From positions 1 through 64,000 of the forward strand of contig CAWJMT010000031.1 in assembly GCA_963844035.1 (NCBI GenBank): a DNA stretch of 64,000 nt, in the 5' to 3' direction. Source of the stretch: an uncultured Gemmatimonadales bacterium (lineage in GTDB: Bacteria; Gemmatimonadota; Gemmatimonadetes; Gemmatimonadales; GWC2-71-9). Within the stretch, counting starts at the first letter, position 1. The number at the start of each line of letters is the position of its first letter. The position numbers and the translations under genes are program-made. Shown here in pieces: positions 46,597-57,852 of this stretch. The notes beneath the pieces are model-generated. The model was not told the origin of the DNA. It worked only from the letters and a program-made list of their open reading frames with translations, and searched no databases.

Positions 46597-47923
46597 TCAA
46601 CGTCCGGCGACCGAGACGCCTTCCAGAAGCAACGACGGTGTCGACCTCCCCCCATACCAGCGTCTGTCGTTCCCAAAGCCGCCAATCCGCTTCAATAATT
46701 CGTAGCTGTTTCCCGCGACCGCAGCGTCCTTCACGCGGCCAGTGATCTCCCCGCGCTCGACCCGGTAGGCGAGCGCCACGGGATGGCTGAACGCGCCGCC
46801 AATGATGTTCCCCTGCCCCACACCGATCAGGTCGTCCACGAGGAGGCCGTCCTTGATGCCGGCGAGTAGGCCGCCGCCCAACGCCCCGTCCCCCGTCCCC
46901 CGTCCCCCGTTCCCGAAAATGATGTTCGTGTATCCCGGCACCGGCTTGGAGAAAATGCCGCGCTGACCGTGGCCAGTGCTCGCGGCCCCCGGCACGCGCC
47001 GCCGTCTCCAGGTCGTACATGAACGCCTTCACGACGCCCCGCTCCACAAACGCGGTCGTGCGAGAGGGCACGCATTCGTCGTCGATCGGGCGCGAGGCGG
47101 AGCGGCCCGGGGTCAACGGATCGTCGGTCAGGGTGAAGGCGGGATCGAACACCTGCTCGCCGATTTTCCCGGCGAGGGGCGAGATCCCCTGGAGCACAGC
47201 CTTGCCGGAGAGGGCCTGCGTGACTGGAAGGAACAGGGCCGAAACGCCCGCCGGCGTGAACACGACCGGAAGCGACCCGTCGGGCGAATTCACGATCTTG
47301 AGCGCCGGCTCGAGTCGCGATTGGATCGATCGGACCAGCGCCGTGACGTCCTCGGCGGTCGGCAGGTCGGCCCCCTCGTAGCCGTCCCCGATCGCCAGCA
47401 CGTCGTTCCCCGCAATCCGCCACACCTCGGCGCTGACGGCGACCCCGGTCGACTGATACTCCCCCTCGGCGCCCGCCAGGTTCGCCACGCGCGTGGAGGC
47501 GATCTCCCGCTCCACCGTCACGTTGACCTGGCAACCCTCGCGCGCCAGGCGCTCCACCAGCTCACGTCCGATCGCGATCAATGCATCGAGGGGCGCATTG
47601 GCGGCGCGCTCGCGTGAGGTAGCGATGCTCGGTAACGGTGCGCGGGTGGGAAACGCCAATGCAATCGGCTCGCCCAGGCCCGCGGCAGCCACCGCACGCT
47701 CGACCAGCGCCGCGGGCGTCGCGTCCATGGCGGTGGAGCCGGCGACGCCGACCCGCCCGCCACTCACCACCCGGAGATTGATGCCCGCTTCTTCGGTGAC
47801 GCCCGCCGCCTTGAGCCGCCCCGATTCGAGCGAGACCGTGGTGCGCTCGGAGCGGCGCCAGAGGCAATCCGCCCCCTCGGCGCCCGCGCTCCGGCGTACG
47901 AGATCGAATAGTTGTGGGATCAC
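46597..47923 (-). CDS. pmbA: TldD/PmbA family protein, PmbA-like (frameshift about 46990)
   Basis: TLTDDP...RPIDDE, STGHG, GAFSHP...VERGEITG..K..AVAGN; no HExxxH. Confidence 0.8.
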
Positions 47924-49304
47924 TACGCGGGGACGTCGCCGCCGACGAGCGCCTCTTCGATGCGCACGTGCGGCGCGCCTTCGGTGACGGCGAGCGGGAA
48001 CTGCCCGCCCTTGCCGCATCCACCGCCCATCTGATTCCAGCGGAAGTCGCCGGCGATGCGGTCGATCCGGTCCAACGTCTGGAACAGGTTGCCCGCAATG
48101 ACCACGTCCTTGACCAGCTCGGCCACCTTGCCGTCGCGGATCATGTAGCCGTGGGCAGCGGTGAACGAAAAGTTCTCGAGCATCGTCTGGCCGCCGAACG
48201 CACTACAGGCGTACACGCCCAGCTTGATGTCCCCGATCAGGTCCTCGAACGTGCCCTTCCCGTTCCCGATGTAGGTGTTCGTCATCCGTACGATCGGCGG
48301 GTGGCGGAACGACATCGCGCGGGCGTTACCGGTAGGCTGCTCGTTCATCGCGGCGGCGGTCTCGCGGGAATGCAGCCGGCCCACCAGGATGCCCCTCGCG
48401 GATCAGCGGCGTGTCGCGCGTCGGGGTGCCTTCGTCGTCGTACGGAAGCGTGCCGCGCAGGCCCGGCGCGGCGCCGTTGTCGCCCACGTTCAACGACCGG
48501 CTTCCCGAAGCGGCGGCCCAGCGTCATCATCTCGCGCGCCTGCGGGTTCTCGTACACGAAGTCTGCTTCCGAGAGATGCCCGAACGCTTCGTGGATGAAT
48601 ACGCCGGCGAGCTCCGGATCGAGCACGACAGGATAGGTGCCGCCCGCGACGCCGGGCGCATCGAGCAGGGCCACGGCGCGGCGCGCCGCGTCCTCAAACC
48701 CCGGCGCGGCATCCTGCACGCTGCGCCAGCCGCGCCGCAGGCCGATCGACTCGAGTCCCTTTTCGATCACGCCGTCACGCCGCGCCACCGCGGTGCCCGA
48801 CAGCGTCACCTCGGGCCGGACTTCGTGGAGCAGCGCGCCCTCGGAGTTGACGTACCAGTACTCCGACACTTCGTCGTGGTAGCTCGCGTTGGTGTCCACC
48901 ACCCGGCCATCCACGGCGAGCATCGCGCCGTTGTATGCCTCGATCAACCGTTTCTTTTCGGAGAGCGGGATCGCGCGGACGTCGCCGTCCAGATCGAGGG
49001 CCACATCGGCCACCTGAGGAGGGACCGCGCCGAGGCGGATCGGCCGGTCGAGCTGCACGGCGCGGGACAGCTCGCCCGCGCGGGCGACCATCCCTGAGAG
49101 CTGGTCGAGCGAGGTGAACGCGGCGATTCCCCAGCCGCACCCGTGGTGCAGGGCGCGCACGAACCCGCCCTGGTCTTCGCTTGCGGTGGCGGTCTCGAGC
49201 CGGCGCCCGCGGAAGGCGACGTGCGAGGTCCAGGTGCGTTCGAGGCGGATTTCGGTGTAGTCGGCGTGCGACGCGCGCAGCGCGTCGGTCAGACGGTCCT
49301 TCAC
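47923..49304 (-). CDS. tldD: TldD family metalloprotease (frameshifts about 48390-48500)
   Basis: AGVFIHEAFGHLSEAD, TGNAR, PIVRMTNTYI, GCGKGGQ. Confidence 0.88.
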
Positions 49305-49870
49305 TCCCCGAATTCCCTCAGCTTCTCCGCGTAGTCGGGGCGTATCACGATCTCGCCGTCGACGATGACCTCGCGGTCCCAGGGGAGAATGATGAAGTTG
49401 GTGCTCTCGAGCGCGTAGTAGTCGGGCTTGTAGTCGCCGGTGCGGAACGAGACGGCGGTCTTGACGGCCGCGGGGTTCAGCTCGCGCACGGCCGACAGCG
49501 CCAGCTTCATGGTGTCGCCCGAGTCGCACGTCTCATCCACGATCAGCACGCGCTGCCCGGTGACGATGCGGGAGGGTCCCGCGATCACCGTGGGACGCGC
49601 CCCATCCGCCTCGCGGGTGATGGCGATGGACGCGAAATTTCGCTGCAGGATGCTCGCGACCACGGCGCCGGGGATGACGCCCGCGCGGGCGATTCCGATC
49701 ACAAGCTGCGGATCGTAGTCGCGGAAAATCTTCAGGGCGAGCGCCCGGCACAGCTCACCGAAAAACGGCCAGTCCACCTGGAGCACACCGTGCGGGGCCT
49801 TGTGCACCGGCCGACCGGCCCGGCGCTGGGGCGGCGGTGGGGGGAACGGGGGCATCGAGCGGGAAGGCAT
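49301..49870 (-). CDS. Phosphoribosyltransferase family protein
   Basis: IGIARAG, PRPP loop VLIVDETCDSGDT, ILPWDRE. Confidence 0.88.
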   Translation of the reverse strand: MPSRSMPPFPPPPPQRRAGRPVHKAPHGVLQVDWPFFGELCRALALKIFRDYDPQLVIGIARAGVIPGAVVASILQRNFASIAITREADGARPTVIAGPSRIVTGQRVLIVDETCDSGDTMKLALSAVRELNPAAVKTAVSFRTGDYKPDYYALESTNFIILPWDREVIVDGEIVIRPDYAEKLREFGE

Positions 49871-49922
49871 CGTATCGGAACCTACATTGCTAAACGATGA
49901 CGCCGCAAGCTATTTTCGGCAC

Positions 49923-50378
49923 ATGGGTTTTTGGCGCCGACTGTTCCGCCGCTCAGTAGGCGACGATCTCCAACCCAAGCGTCTCGACTATCTCAACGAG
50001 GCGCTGGCCCTCGAGCGTCAGGGCGATTACGAAGCCGCCCTCACCTCGTACCGGTTGGCGTTGCGCGACTACCCGAACGACGCCCGTATCCTCCAGAACA
50101 TGGCGATCGCGTTCACCAAAACGCGGCGCATCGACGAAGCCATCCGGCACTATCGGCGGGCACTCGAGCTCGATACCAGCCTCGCCGGGGCGCACTACGG
50201 GCTCGCTTTCCTGCTGCTCAAGCGCGGCGACCCCGACGGCGCCGAGCAGCATCTCAAGGCGTTCCTGCTGCACCCGCCCAAGGGACCGGACGCGCAGAAG
50301 TGGGTGGAGCACGCCATGCAGGCGCTACGGGACCTCGGAGCCGGGCCGCCGCAGGCGCTCTCGGCGGAGGCGCCCTGA
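49923..50378 (+). CDS. TPR protein
   Basis: Three TPR units (YRLALRDYPNDARILQNMA, YRRALELD...AHYGLAFLL). Confidence 0.85.
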   Translation: MGFWRRLFRRSVGDDLQPKRLDYLNEALALERQGDYEAALTSYRLALRDYPNDARILQNMAIAFTKTRRIDEAIRHYRRALELDTSLAGAHYGLAFLLLKRGDPDGAEQHLKAFLLHPPKGPDAQKWVEHAMQALRDLGAGPPQALSAEAP

Positions 50379-50734
50379 GCCGCTGGCGCCGGGCCGGCAC
50401 CGGCCTGCTCATCTTATCGGCCGTGGGGGTATGGATGGGAGCATGCAGGATCAATCCCGATCTCGATGCGGTCATCCAGATCACCGTCGCCGTCGCCGAT
50501 TCGGTCGAAATGACCGATACTCTGCGCGCCCACGCCAGCGCGGGCACGGCGCGAGGCGACACTGTGCCAATGACGTTCACCTGGACGAGCTTTGACACGT
50601 TGGTCCTCGCGGTGGCCGATAGCGTGGCGGGCGTGTTCGTCGGCCGGCAGGTCGGCGCGACCCGTATCCAGGTCCACTCAGACAACCTGTACAGCAACCC
50701 GATCACGATTACCGTGACGCCAGCGACACCGTGA
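50375..50734 (+). CDS. Putative lipoprotein with Ig-like beta domain (CTG start inferred)
   Basis: RWRR-hydrophobic-MGAC lipobox; beta-rich body ending SNPITITVTP; coupled to both neighbours. Confidence 0.65.
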   Translation: MSRWRRAGTGLLILSAVGVWMGACRINPDLDAVIQITVAVADSVEMTDTLRAHASAGTARGDTVPMTFTWTSFDTLVLAVADSVAGVFVGRQVGATRIQVHSDNLYSNPITITVTPATP

Positions 50735-52555
50735 GCCCCGCGACCAAGGGCACCCTCACCCGCCTGTTCTTCGACGCGCTCGAGCGGCATCGGGGGCTGC
50801 CCGCTGCGCTCCGGCACAAGGTCGGCGACCGCTGGGTCGCCCTGACGCACAGCGAGGTGGAAGAGAGGGTCCGCGCCGTGTCGCTCGGCCTGCGCGAGCT
50901 CGGCGTGAGCCCAGGGGACCGGGTGTCGATCCTGTCGGAGAACCGCCCCGAGTGGGCGATCGCCGACTACGCCTGCCTGTGCGCGCGGGCAGCGGATGTA
51001 CCGATCTACCCGACCCTGCCGGCGAAGCAGGCGGAGTACATCCTGCGCGACGCGGGCGCGGTGGCCGTGTTCTGCTCGACCGCCGCGCAGCTCGCGAAGG
51101 TGCTCGAGGTGCGGGCCAACCTGCCGGCGCTGCGGCACATCATCGCGTTCGATCCCGCCACCCAGGACGGGGTGATGAGCTTCGCCGACCTCGAGGCGCG
51201 CGGCCGCGCCGCGGTCGGGAAGTATCCGCAGTACCGCGCTGAGGCGCTCGCGGTCGAGCCCGACCAGCTGGCGACGTTGATCTATACGTCGGGCACCACC
51301 GGCGACCCGAAGGGCGTGATGCTGTCGCACAACAATCTCTGGTCGAACGTGCTGTGACTCGCTCCAGACCATGACGGTCGTCCCGGGAGACGAGTGCCTC
51401 TCCATGCTGCCGCTGTCGCACGTGTTCGAGCGGATGGTGGGGTATACGATGTTCCACGGCGGCGTGATCATCAACTATGCCGAGTCGTTCGACAAGGTCG
51501 CCGACAACATGCGGGAGGTGCGCCCCACCGTCGTGCTGTCGGTGCCCCGCTTCTACGAGAAAGTGTACGCGCGGGTGCTCGAGAACGCGCTCGCGGGGAG
51601 TGCGGTGAAGCGCAACATCTTTTTCTGGGGCAAACGCACCGGCGACGCATGGGCCACCTATCGCCTCGCCGGGCTGGCCGTCCCGGCGGGGCTCAAGTTC
51701 AAGCACGCGATCGCCGACCGGCTGGTGTTTTCCAAGCTGCGCGCCCGCACCGGCGGCCGCGTCAAGTTCTTCGTGTCCGGGGGCGCGCCCTTGTCGGCGG
51801 AGATCGCGAAGTTCCTGTTCAGTGCGGGTCTTCCCGTGTGCGAAGGGTACGGCCTGACCGAGACGTCCCCCGTGCTGACGATCAACCCGGTCGAGCGCAT
51901 CAAGGTCGGCACGGTGGGCGCGGCGATTCCGGGCGTGCAGCTCCGCATCGCGCCGGACGGTGAGATCCTCGCCAAGGGACCGGGGATCATGCAGGGCTAC
52001 TACAACAAGCCCGAGGCCACGCGCGAGGCGATCGATGCCGAGGGGTGGTTTCACACCGGCGACATCGGCGAGCTCGACGCCGACGGCTATCTGAAAATCA
52101 CCGACCGCAAGAAGGATCTGATCGTCACCGCCGGGGGCAAGAACATCGCGCCGCAGCCGATCGAGAACCTCGTCAAGCACAACAAGTTCGTCGCCAACGC
52201 GGTGATGCTGGGCGACAGGCGCAAGTTCACGATCATGCTGGTGGTGCCGAATTTCGACAACCTGGAGCGGTGGACGGCGGAGCGGCGGTTGTCCGCGAGC
52301 ACGCGCGCGGCGCTGATCGCGCTGCCCGACGTGCAGGCCAAGGTGGAGCGCGAGGTGATGGGCGAGCTGCGCGAGCTGGCCAAGTACGAGATGCCGAAGC
52401 GGGTGCTGCTGCTCGAGCACGACTTCACGATCGACTCGGGCGAGCTGACGCCGACGCTCAAGGTCAAGCGGCGCGTGGTGGAGAAGCGCTACAAGGAGCT
52501 GGTGGATCGCGCGTACGCCGAGGGGGATCCGCTCACGGCGTCGTTGGAGGGTTAG
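50731..52555 (+). CDS. fadD: Long-chain fatty acid--CoA ligase (frameshift at about 51355)
   Basis: YTSGTTGDPKG, LPLSHVFER, SGGAPL, EGYGLTE, WFHTGDIG, DRKKD. Confidence 0.92.
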
Positions 52556-52571
52556 AGCGGCGGTTCGCCGC

Positions 52572-53195
52572 TCATAGAGGGACCGCGTATCCCTGGATAT
52601 TGCTCGCCACGAGCCAGCACGGCACGCCAAGCTGGGAGAAGCGCTGCAGCAGGACGGCACGATCGGCGGCGGTCGGCGCGCCAAACTGCAGCCGGTTGTT
52701 GGACTCGTGAATGTCCGTGTAACTCACTCCGACAGGCAGTCCCGCCACCAACAGGATGTAGCGGTACCAGTCGTGGAGCTGGACCCAATTCCAACGCACC
52801 GGGCGCACCACCACCGAATCACGAGCGAATGAGGGATGCGACCAAGGATAGTGAGCGTCCAGTGAGTCGAGCGCGTCCGCGATATGGGTGGTGTCGACGA
52901 ACATGAGTACGGGGGTGCTTCGCCCATTGACCGGGGTGAGGTACATGCCGGCCCATCCGCCCGGCACAAAGGCCGAGAGGTTGTACCACGCATCGTCAAT
53001 GGTGAGGGAACCCGTCTGAGGCACAGGAGGGAGGGAGCTACGGCGCGCCGCGGAGAGGCTTACGGCGGGCGCCGCGGAGTCACATCCAGGAGGATTGGCC
53101 CACACGAATGACGGATCCGCGTTGGCATCCGACACCGGGTCGGAACAAGCAACCCAGATCAGAGCGAGAGGCACGGCACTCAGGAAGCGACGCAT
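52572..53195 (-). CDS. Hypothetical lipoprotein
   Basis: MRRFLSAVPLALIWVAC lipobox; codon usage differs from core genes. Confidence 0.7.
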   Translation of the reverse strand: MRRFLSAVPLALIWVACSDPVSDANADPSFVWANPPGCDSAAPAVSLSAARRSSLPPVPQTGSLTIDDAWYNLSAFVPGGWAGMYLTPVNGRSTPVLMFVDTTHIADALDSLDAHYPWSHPSFARDSVVVRPVRWNWVQLHDWYRYILLVAGLPVGVSYTDIHESNNRLQFGAPTAADRAVLLQRFSQLGVPCWLVASNIQGYAVPL

Positions 53196-53326
53196 CAGCC
53201 AGCCCTCCCTTCGGATCCCTCTTTCATAGGCGCTTGAACGAGTAAAGCGATGTCACTCGGACCGATCCGTGGGGCGAACGCCTTCCTTCCTTGGTCAACC
53301 TATGGTGCGCGTCCTATTGGACGTAT

Positions 53327-53466
53327 CCCGGGCTAAAGCCCGGGCTCGGCGCTTGTGCGCCCTGTAAGGGCGCACCCTTGGGCCGAGCGCGCCCTCTCAG
53401 GGCGCGTCCCCACCCTGGCATACCGGCTAAACCTTGCCCCCCGGGGCCGTAACCCCAGGGGGCAGG
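53327..53466. repeat. Cluster of REP-like GC-rich hairpins
   Basis: CCCGGGCT-AA-AGCCCGGG; GTGCGCCCT-GTA-AGGGCGCAC; GCGCGCCCT-CTC-AGGGCGCGT; TGCCCCCCGGGG...CCCCAGGGGGCA. Confidence 0.75.
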
Positions 53467-53502
53467 TGTACACCATGCGGGCAGGGATGTCTTAGTGGAC
53501 CG

Positions 53503-54600
53503 TTAGCAGTCCTCAGGCACCCACACGTTCTCATAATATCCGGTTTCTTGCCAGTCGCCATCATAGATGGGCACAACCTCCCAATGTCCGCACTCAGGAG
53601 GAGGAGGAGGAGGAGAAGGAGGTACGAAACCAAAGTCGTTCAGCCTCCAGCTTTGCGGGGATGAAGTTCCCTCACCAAACGATGAATCGTACCAGCCCCG
53701 GAATCCCAGATCGGTCCAGAAGCATTCAAATCGTCCACCGGCGACGCCCGGCCACCACACCCCGGCCGCGTCCAGGAACTGTTTCTGCACGCAGTCGGCG
53801 TAGCGCACGGCGTAGCTGCCGATGTTCCCCGATGCTCCATTGGGCAGGTACGTTTGTACCCGCAAGGACTGGTCCGCACCCTCGCACGTGTCAAATCCCA
53901 ACGTGCCGCCCTCATTGCATAAAGCTTGGCTTGAGTAGTTCGCATGTTTGCTCGTTGCGACCCAGGCTCGGGGATAGGTGCCTGGATGCCCGGGATAAGT
54001 AAGGTTCTCTGGGTATTGCGGGGAGCCGGGGCCCGTCCAGAATTCCTTGGAGAAGAAGCCGTAGTCGTAGTGTGCAGAGTAGTGGGCTTCATCCAGGACC
54101 CAATGCTCGGTATTGCTCTTGTAGTAGACCACTAGGGCGATCACTTCAGAGTCGCCGTAGTGGGGCTCGATGTGATAGGTGACGTCGCCGTTGTCTATGC
54201 GGTACGACAACAGGTACAAGATGATGACCTTGCCGGGACCGTATGCTTGAAGCCCCGCCGGCCGAATCGGCTTCTGGTCGCTGGCGGCAGTCGGCCTCGC
54301 TGCCCAGCGTGGCTCACGTTCCATGTAGAAACTGGATTTGTACCGCAGCTCCGGCGCAAATGCGTCGGCGAGTGTTTGTTCGCAGAGGTCCGTCAGGCCG
54401 TCCTGGTCCGTGTCCGGCCCGGTGGCGCCCATTGAAGCGAGGCACGAGTTCACACTGAACCCGAGGTACACACCGTACGCCCCCGGATACGGGTCCACGG
54501 CTTGTGGTCGGTCTATCCGGGCAAGCGGGCCGGTGGATTCCTGGGTGCAGCTCGCGAAGAGGAAGAGGACCGCGGCGGGGAACATCAACAATCGCTTCAT
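53503..54600 (-). CDS. Hypothetical lipoprotein, NPP1/Vps62-like motif pattern
   Basis: Lipobox LFASC; DTDQDGLTD; FAPELRY, HYGDSE, YSAH, VATSKHANY; Pro-rich linker. Confidence 0.7.
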   Translation of the reverse strand: MKRLLMFPAAVLFLFASCTQESTGPLARIDRPQAVDPYPGAYGVYLGFSVNSCLASMGATGPDTDQDGLTDLCEQTLADAFAPELRYKSSFYMEREPRWAARPTAASDQKPIRPAGLQAYGPGKVIILYLLSYRIDNGDVTYHIEPHYGDSEVIALVVYYKSNTEHWVLDEAHYSAHYDYGFFSKEFWTGPGSPQYPENLTYPGHPGTYPRAWVATSKHANYSSQALCNEGGTLGFDTCEGADQSLRVQTYLPNGASGNIGSYAVRYADCVQKQFLDAAGVWWPGVAGGRFECFWTDLGFRGWYDSSFGEGTSSPQSWRLNDFGFVPPSPPPPPPECGHWEVVPIYDGDWQETGYYENVWVPEDC

Positions 54601-54617
54601 GGGGCACGTCCGTTAGG

Positions 54618-54672
54618 AAGTGAGAGGTGAGATGTGAGAGGAGGGGGGTGAGAGGAGGGGGGTGAGAGGAGA
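54618..54672. repeat. Purine-rich heptamer tandem repeat (GTGAGAG-type)
   Basis: gtgagaggtgagatgtgagaggagggggg... Confidence 0.6.
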
Positions 54673-54728
54673 GCGGTCTACCATTTCACAGTACGGCGTG
54701 GCACCTGTTGGCGCCATCAGGTGCACCC

Positions 54729-55344
54729 CTAGCCCTTCTCCCCCGCCCACAACCCCTGCCCCACCGCCAGCCGGTTGATCCCCGCCGGCGGCACCAGGTC
54801 TTCCCGCTCGACCACGAACCGCCGCCCGCGTAGCAGCACCCGGTGCGCCTCCTCGAGCCACACGGCATCCGATCGATCCGCGCCGAGCACCACGCCGCGC
54901 GCCATCGACGGACGCAGCGGAATCGTATTGCGCGAACGCAACAGGCTCAGCACCGGCGATTCCTCGACGCCCGCCGGCGCATCCACGCCGACGAAATGGA
55001 TCCCACCCATCAGTGCGGCGAGCCCGGCCGCGTGGCGCGTCGCCGCGCCCAGCAGGACGACGAAGCCGCCGGGACCGCTTAGATCCAGGAGGGCTTGGAG
55101 GGTTTGAGCATCATGGGGAAGGGGGACAGGGGACGGGGGATGGGTCTCAGCATCAGCCACCCTCCCCCCGTCCTCCCCTGAAGTCGACAATTCCCTTCGC
55201 TATCGGATACTCGCGTTTGCATATCGGACATCCGACAATTCCCGACCGCACCATCCGGCCTAACATCTCGCCGGTCGAGAGCACCAAGACATCGAGCGGA
55301 TGCTCCTCGGGACAGCGCAGCATCTCCGTCAGCTCAATGTGCAT
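54729..55344 (-). CDS. Trm112-like zinc-knuckle domain fused to a degenerate methyltransferase-like domain (frameshift in G-run about 55170)
   Basis: MHIELTEMLRCP...CPICKREYPIAKGIVDF; C-terminal part WLEEAHRVLLRGRRFVV. Confidence 0.65.
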
Positions 55345-57128
55345 CGAGCCGAAAGACCACCCACGTCAACGCATCCTCCTGGACCCGCACCCGGCGCGTG
55401 AGCTGCCGCCCACTCACGTCCACGGTGAGCGTGTAGTCACCGGGCGGCACGTCGCTCACGGCAAAGTGCTCGTGATAGGCGGGGTCGGGGTGATTGTGCT
55501 CGCCGTAGGTCTCAGCGTACGCGTAGGGCGTCTCCTGCGGTTCGGCCTTGCGCAGTCCATACACACGCGCCTGTGGCACCGGCCGCCCCTCGGCATCCCA
55601 CACCTGTCCCGCGACAACACCCGTCCCCGGCAGCGGGGCGATCCACAACTCCGGATTGACGGTGTAGCGCGGGTATCGCTGGTTCGGATCGACGATCAGC
55701 GAAACGGAGTCGGAGGGCGACGCGTGCACCTCAAGGTGCAGGTGGTCGTTGGTGGCGCGCCGGTGTTGCCGACCTGCGCGATCACATCGCCCTGCTTCAC
55801 CCGCTGTCCCGCCGACACCAGCAGCGCGCGATTGTGATAGTAGGTTGAGAAGAGAAACAACGGCTCCCCCTTCGGCCCCTTGGCGCGGCGGTCATGGCGG
55901 ATCGCCACGGTATTCGAGCCCTGCTCGGCGAGGCCGGCGAACACGACCACTCCGTCGCCGATCGCGTGGACCGCCGTGCCGTCGGGGTTGTTGAACTCCA
56001 CTCCCTGATGCTGCTGGAAGTTGCCGCCCATCGTGGAGCCGTAGCGGTAGGTCTGGTCGATGTACGGCTGGTCGTCGAGGGCGATCGGGCGCGCGAACCA
56101 GCTGTGCCGCAACCCGGACGTCGCGGTATCGGGGCGCTGTGGGACGTTGACGCTGAGCGAGCGTTCGCTCCCTGATCGAACCGGCAGGACGCGAGCCCGC
56201 TGGTGCGTCCGATCGCGTACGCACCCGTTGGGCGAGCGGCAGGAGCGCGGTGGCGAATGGCGCGGCGTCGCAGCTGTTCAGCGCAGGGCCGTCGGATCGG
56301 CCGATGCCTTGAGGCGTCGCCGCGTATAGCTCGCCCGACGGCGCGCGCGCCAGCGCCTGGACCGGGGGGAGATCACGCCGGTCGATCCACGCGCCCCGCG
56401 CCGGATCGAAGCGATACAACCCCCGCTCGGTGCCGACCCATGCCGTACCGTCGGCGTTGACGGCGAGCGCCCGCACCCGCGCGGGCGACGGATATTCGCG
56501 CCAGCTGCGCCCTCCGTCCTGCGAGCGGGCGATACCGCGGAGGTGGCCGGCCCACAGGCTGCCATCGGGCCCGGCCCCCAGTGCGTTGACATACTGGCTC
56601 GCGATTTTCCCCCACACGTGCGTCGCCGAGCCCGTGCCGATAGAATCGGTGATCTCGGCCCAGGTCGCTCCACGATCGTAGGACAGCTTGATCCCGTCTG
56701 CCGTCGCGATGTACACCGTGTCGCCGCGCGTCGCGATCCCATTGGGCGCGACGTATTGCCACTCGGGACCGAGCTGCTTGAATTCCCAGTTCGTCCACGT
56801 CTTCCCGCTGTCGGTCGAGACTCCCCAGCCGTTCCCCACGGTGCCGTACCAGATCTCCCCATGCGCGCCGAATGCGAAGGCGTGCACGAAGTCCCAGGAG
56901 ATGGAGTGGGCTGCGCTGTCTTTCGAAAACGCGACGTGCTCCCACGCTGCGTCCCCGGACCGTAGGACATAGATGCCCTCCCCGTACGTTCCCACCCACA
57001 CGGTCCCTCCCGGCTCCGCCGCAAGCGCAAGCACGTGCACGCCCGCGCCCATCGGGATTGGGGAGCGGCGGCAGTTGCTGAGCGACAGCGGGCGACGCGG
57101 CGAGGAGCACGGCGATGAGTGGTCGCAT
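55334..57128 (-). CDS. Secreted beta-propeller + M23 peptidase + carboxypeptidase-regulatory-like domain protein (several frameshifts)
   Basis: Signal peptide; S.D.G.TW repeats; HQGVEF, YYH, GQRVKQGDVIAQVGNTG, HLHLE. Confidence 0.75.
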
Positions 57129-57130
57129 TC

Positions 57131-57851
57131 TCAGCCTCTCGGCGTGTAGCTGCCGGGCATCAACCGCATTTCCGTGACGTCGACGCGCGGCGGGCGTGTG
57201 ACGGCGAACAGCACGGCGGCGGCGACGTCGGACGGGTGCAACATGTCCTTGCGCTTGGTGAACCCGGGCTTCGAGTCGGGGTCCACCGTGTCCCAGGCCG
57301 CGGTGTCCACGGCGCCCGGCGAGATCAACGTGGTGCGCACGCCGCTCCCCGCCAGCTCCGCGGCGATGACGCCGTGCATGCCGCGCAGCCCGAACTTGCT
57401 GGCGACGTACGCCGCATCGCCCGCGAAGGCGACGTGATCGGCGATGCTGCCGATGGTGACGAGGTGACCGCTGCCGCGCCGCCGGAGCAGGGGCACGAGC
57501 AGGCGCGCGAGCAGGAAGGGGCCGGTGAGATTGGTGGCGATCGCCTGCGCGAACTCGGACGCGGTCGTTTCCTCGATCGGCTTCACAAAGAAGACGCCGG
57601 CGTTGCTGACGACGACGTCGGGGACGCCGCGCTCGGCGGTCACCCGCGCCACGACCCGCTCCACCGCGGCCGGATCGGTGACGTCGCACTGCAGGTCGGT
57701 CTGGCGCTCGGTGGCGCCGTCCTTCAGGCTGCGCGCCAGGCGCACGACGTGCGCGCCGGCCGCGCGCAGCTCGTCGGCGACCGCGAGGCCGATGCCGCGC
57801 GAGGCGCCGGTGACGAGCGCGAGTTTTCCAGCGAGCGGCGGCGGCGGTCAC
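57131..57851 (-). CDS. SDR family oxidoreductase (sepiapterin reductase candidate)
   Basis: TGASRGIG, NAG, YVASK, PGAVDT; directly after folE. Confidence 0.88.
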
Positions 57852-57852
57852 C

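Noticed and set aside
51350..51372. TGA readthrough or selenocysteine in fadD
   Set aside because: The downstream part is in another frame; removing one T restores the gene.
55153..55190. Programmed frameshift or genuine split of the Trm112-like gene
   Set aside because: The break lies in a G homopolymer within a repeat, and indel errors are common throughout this window.
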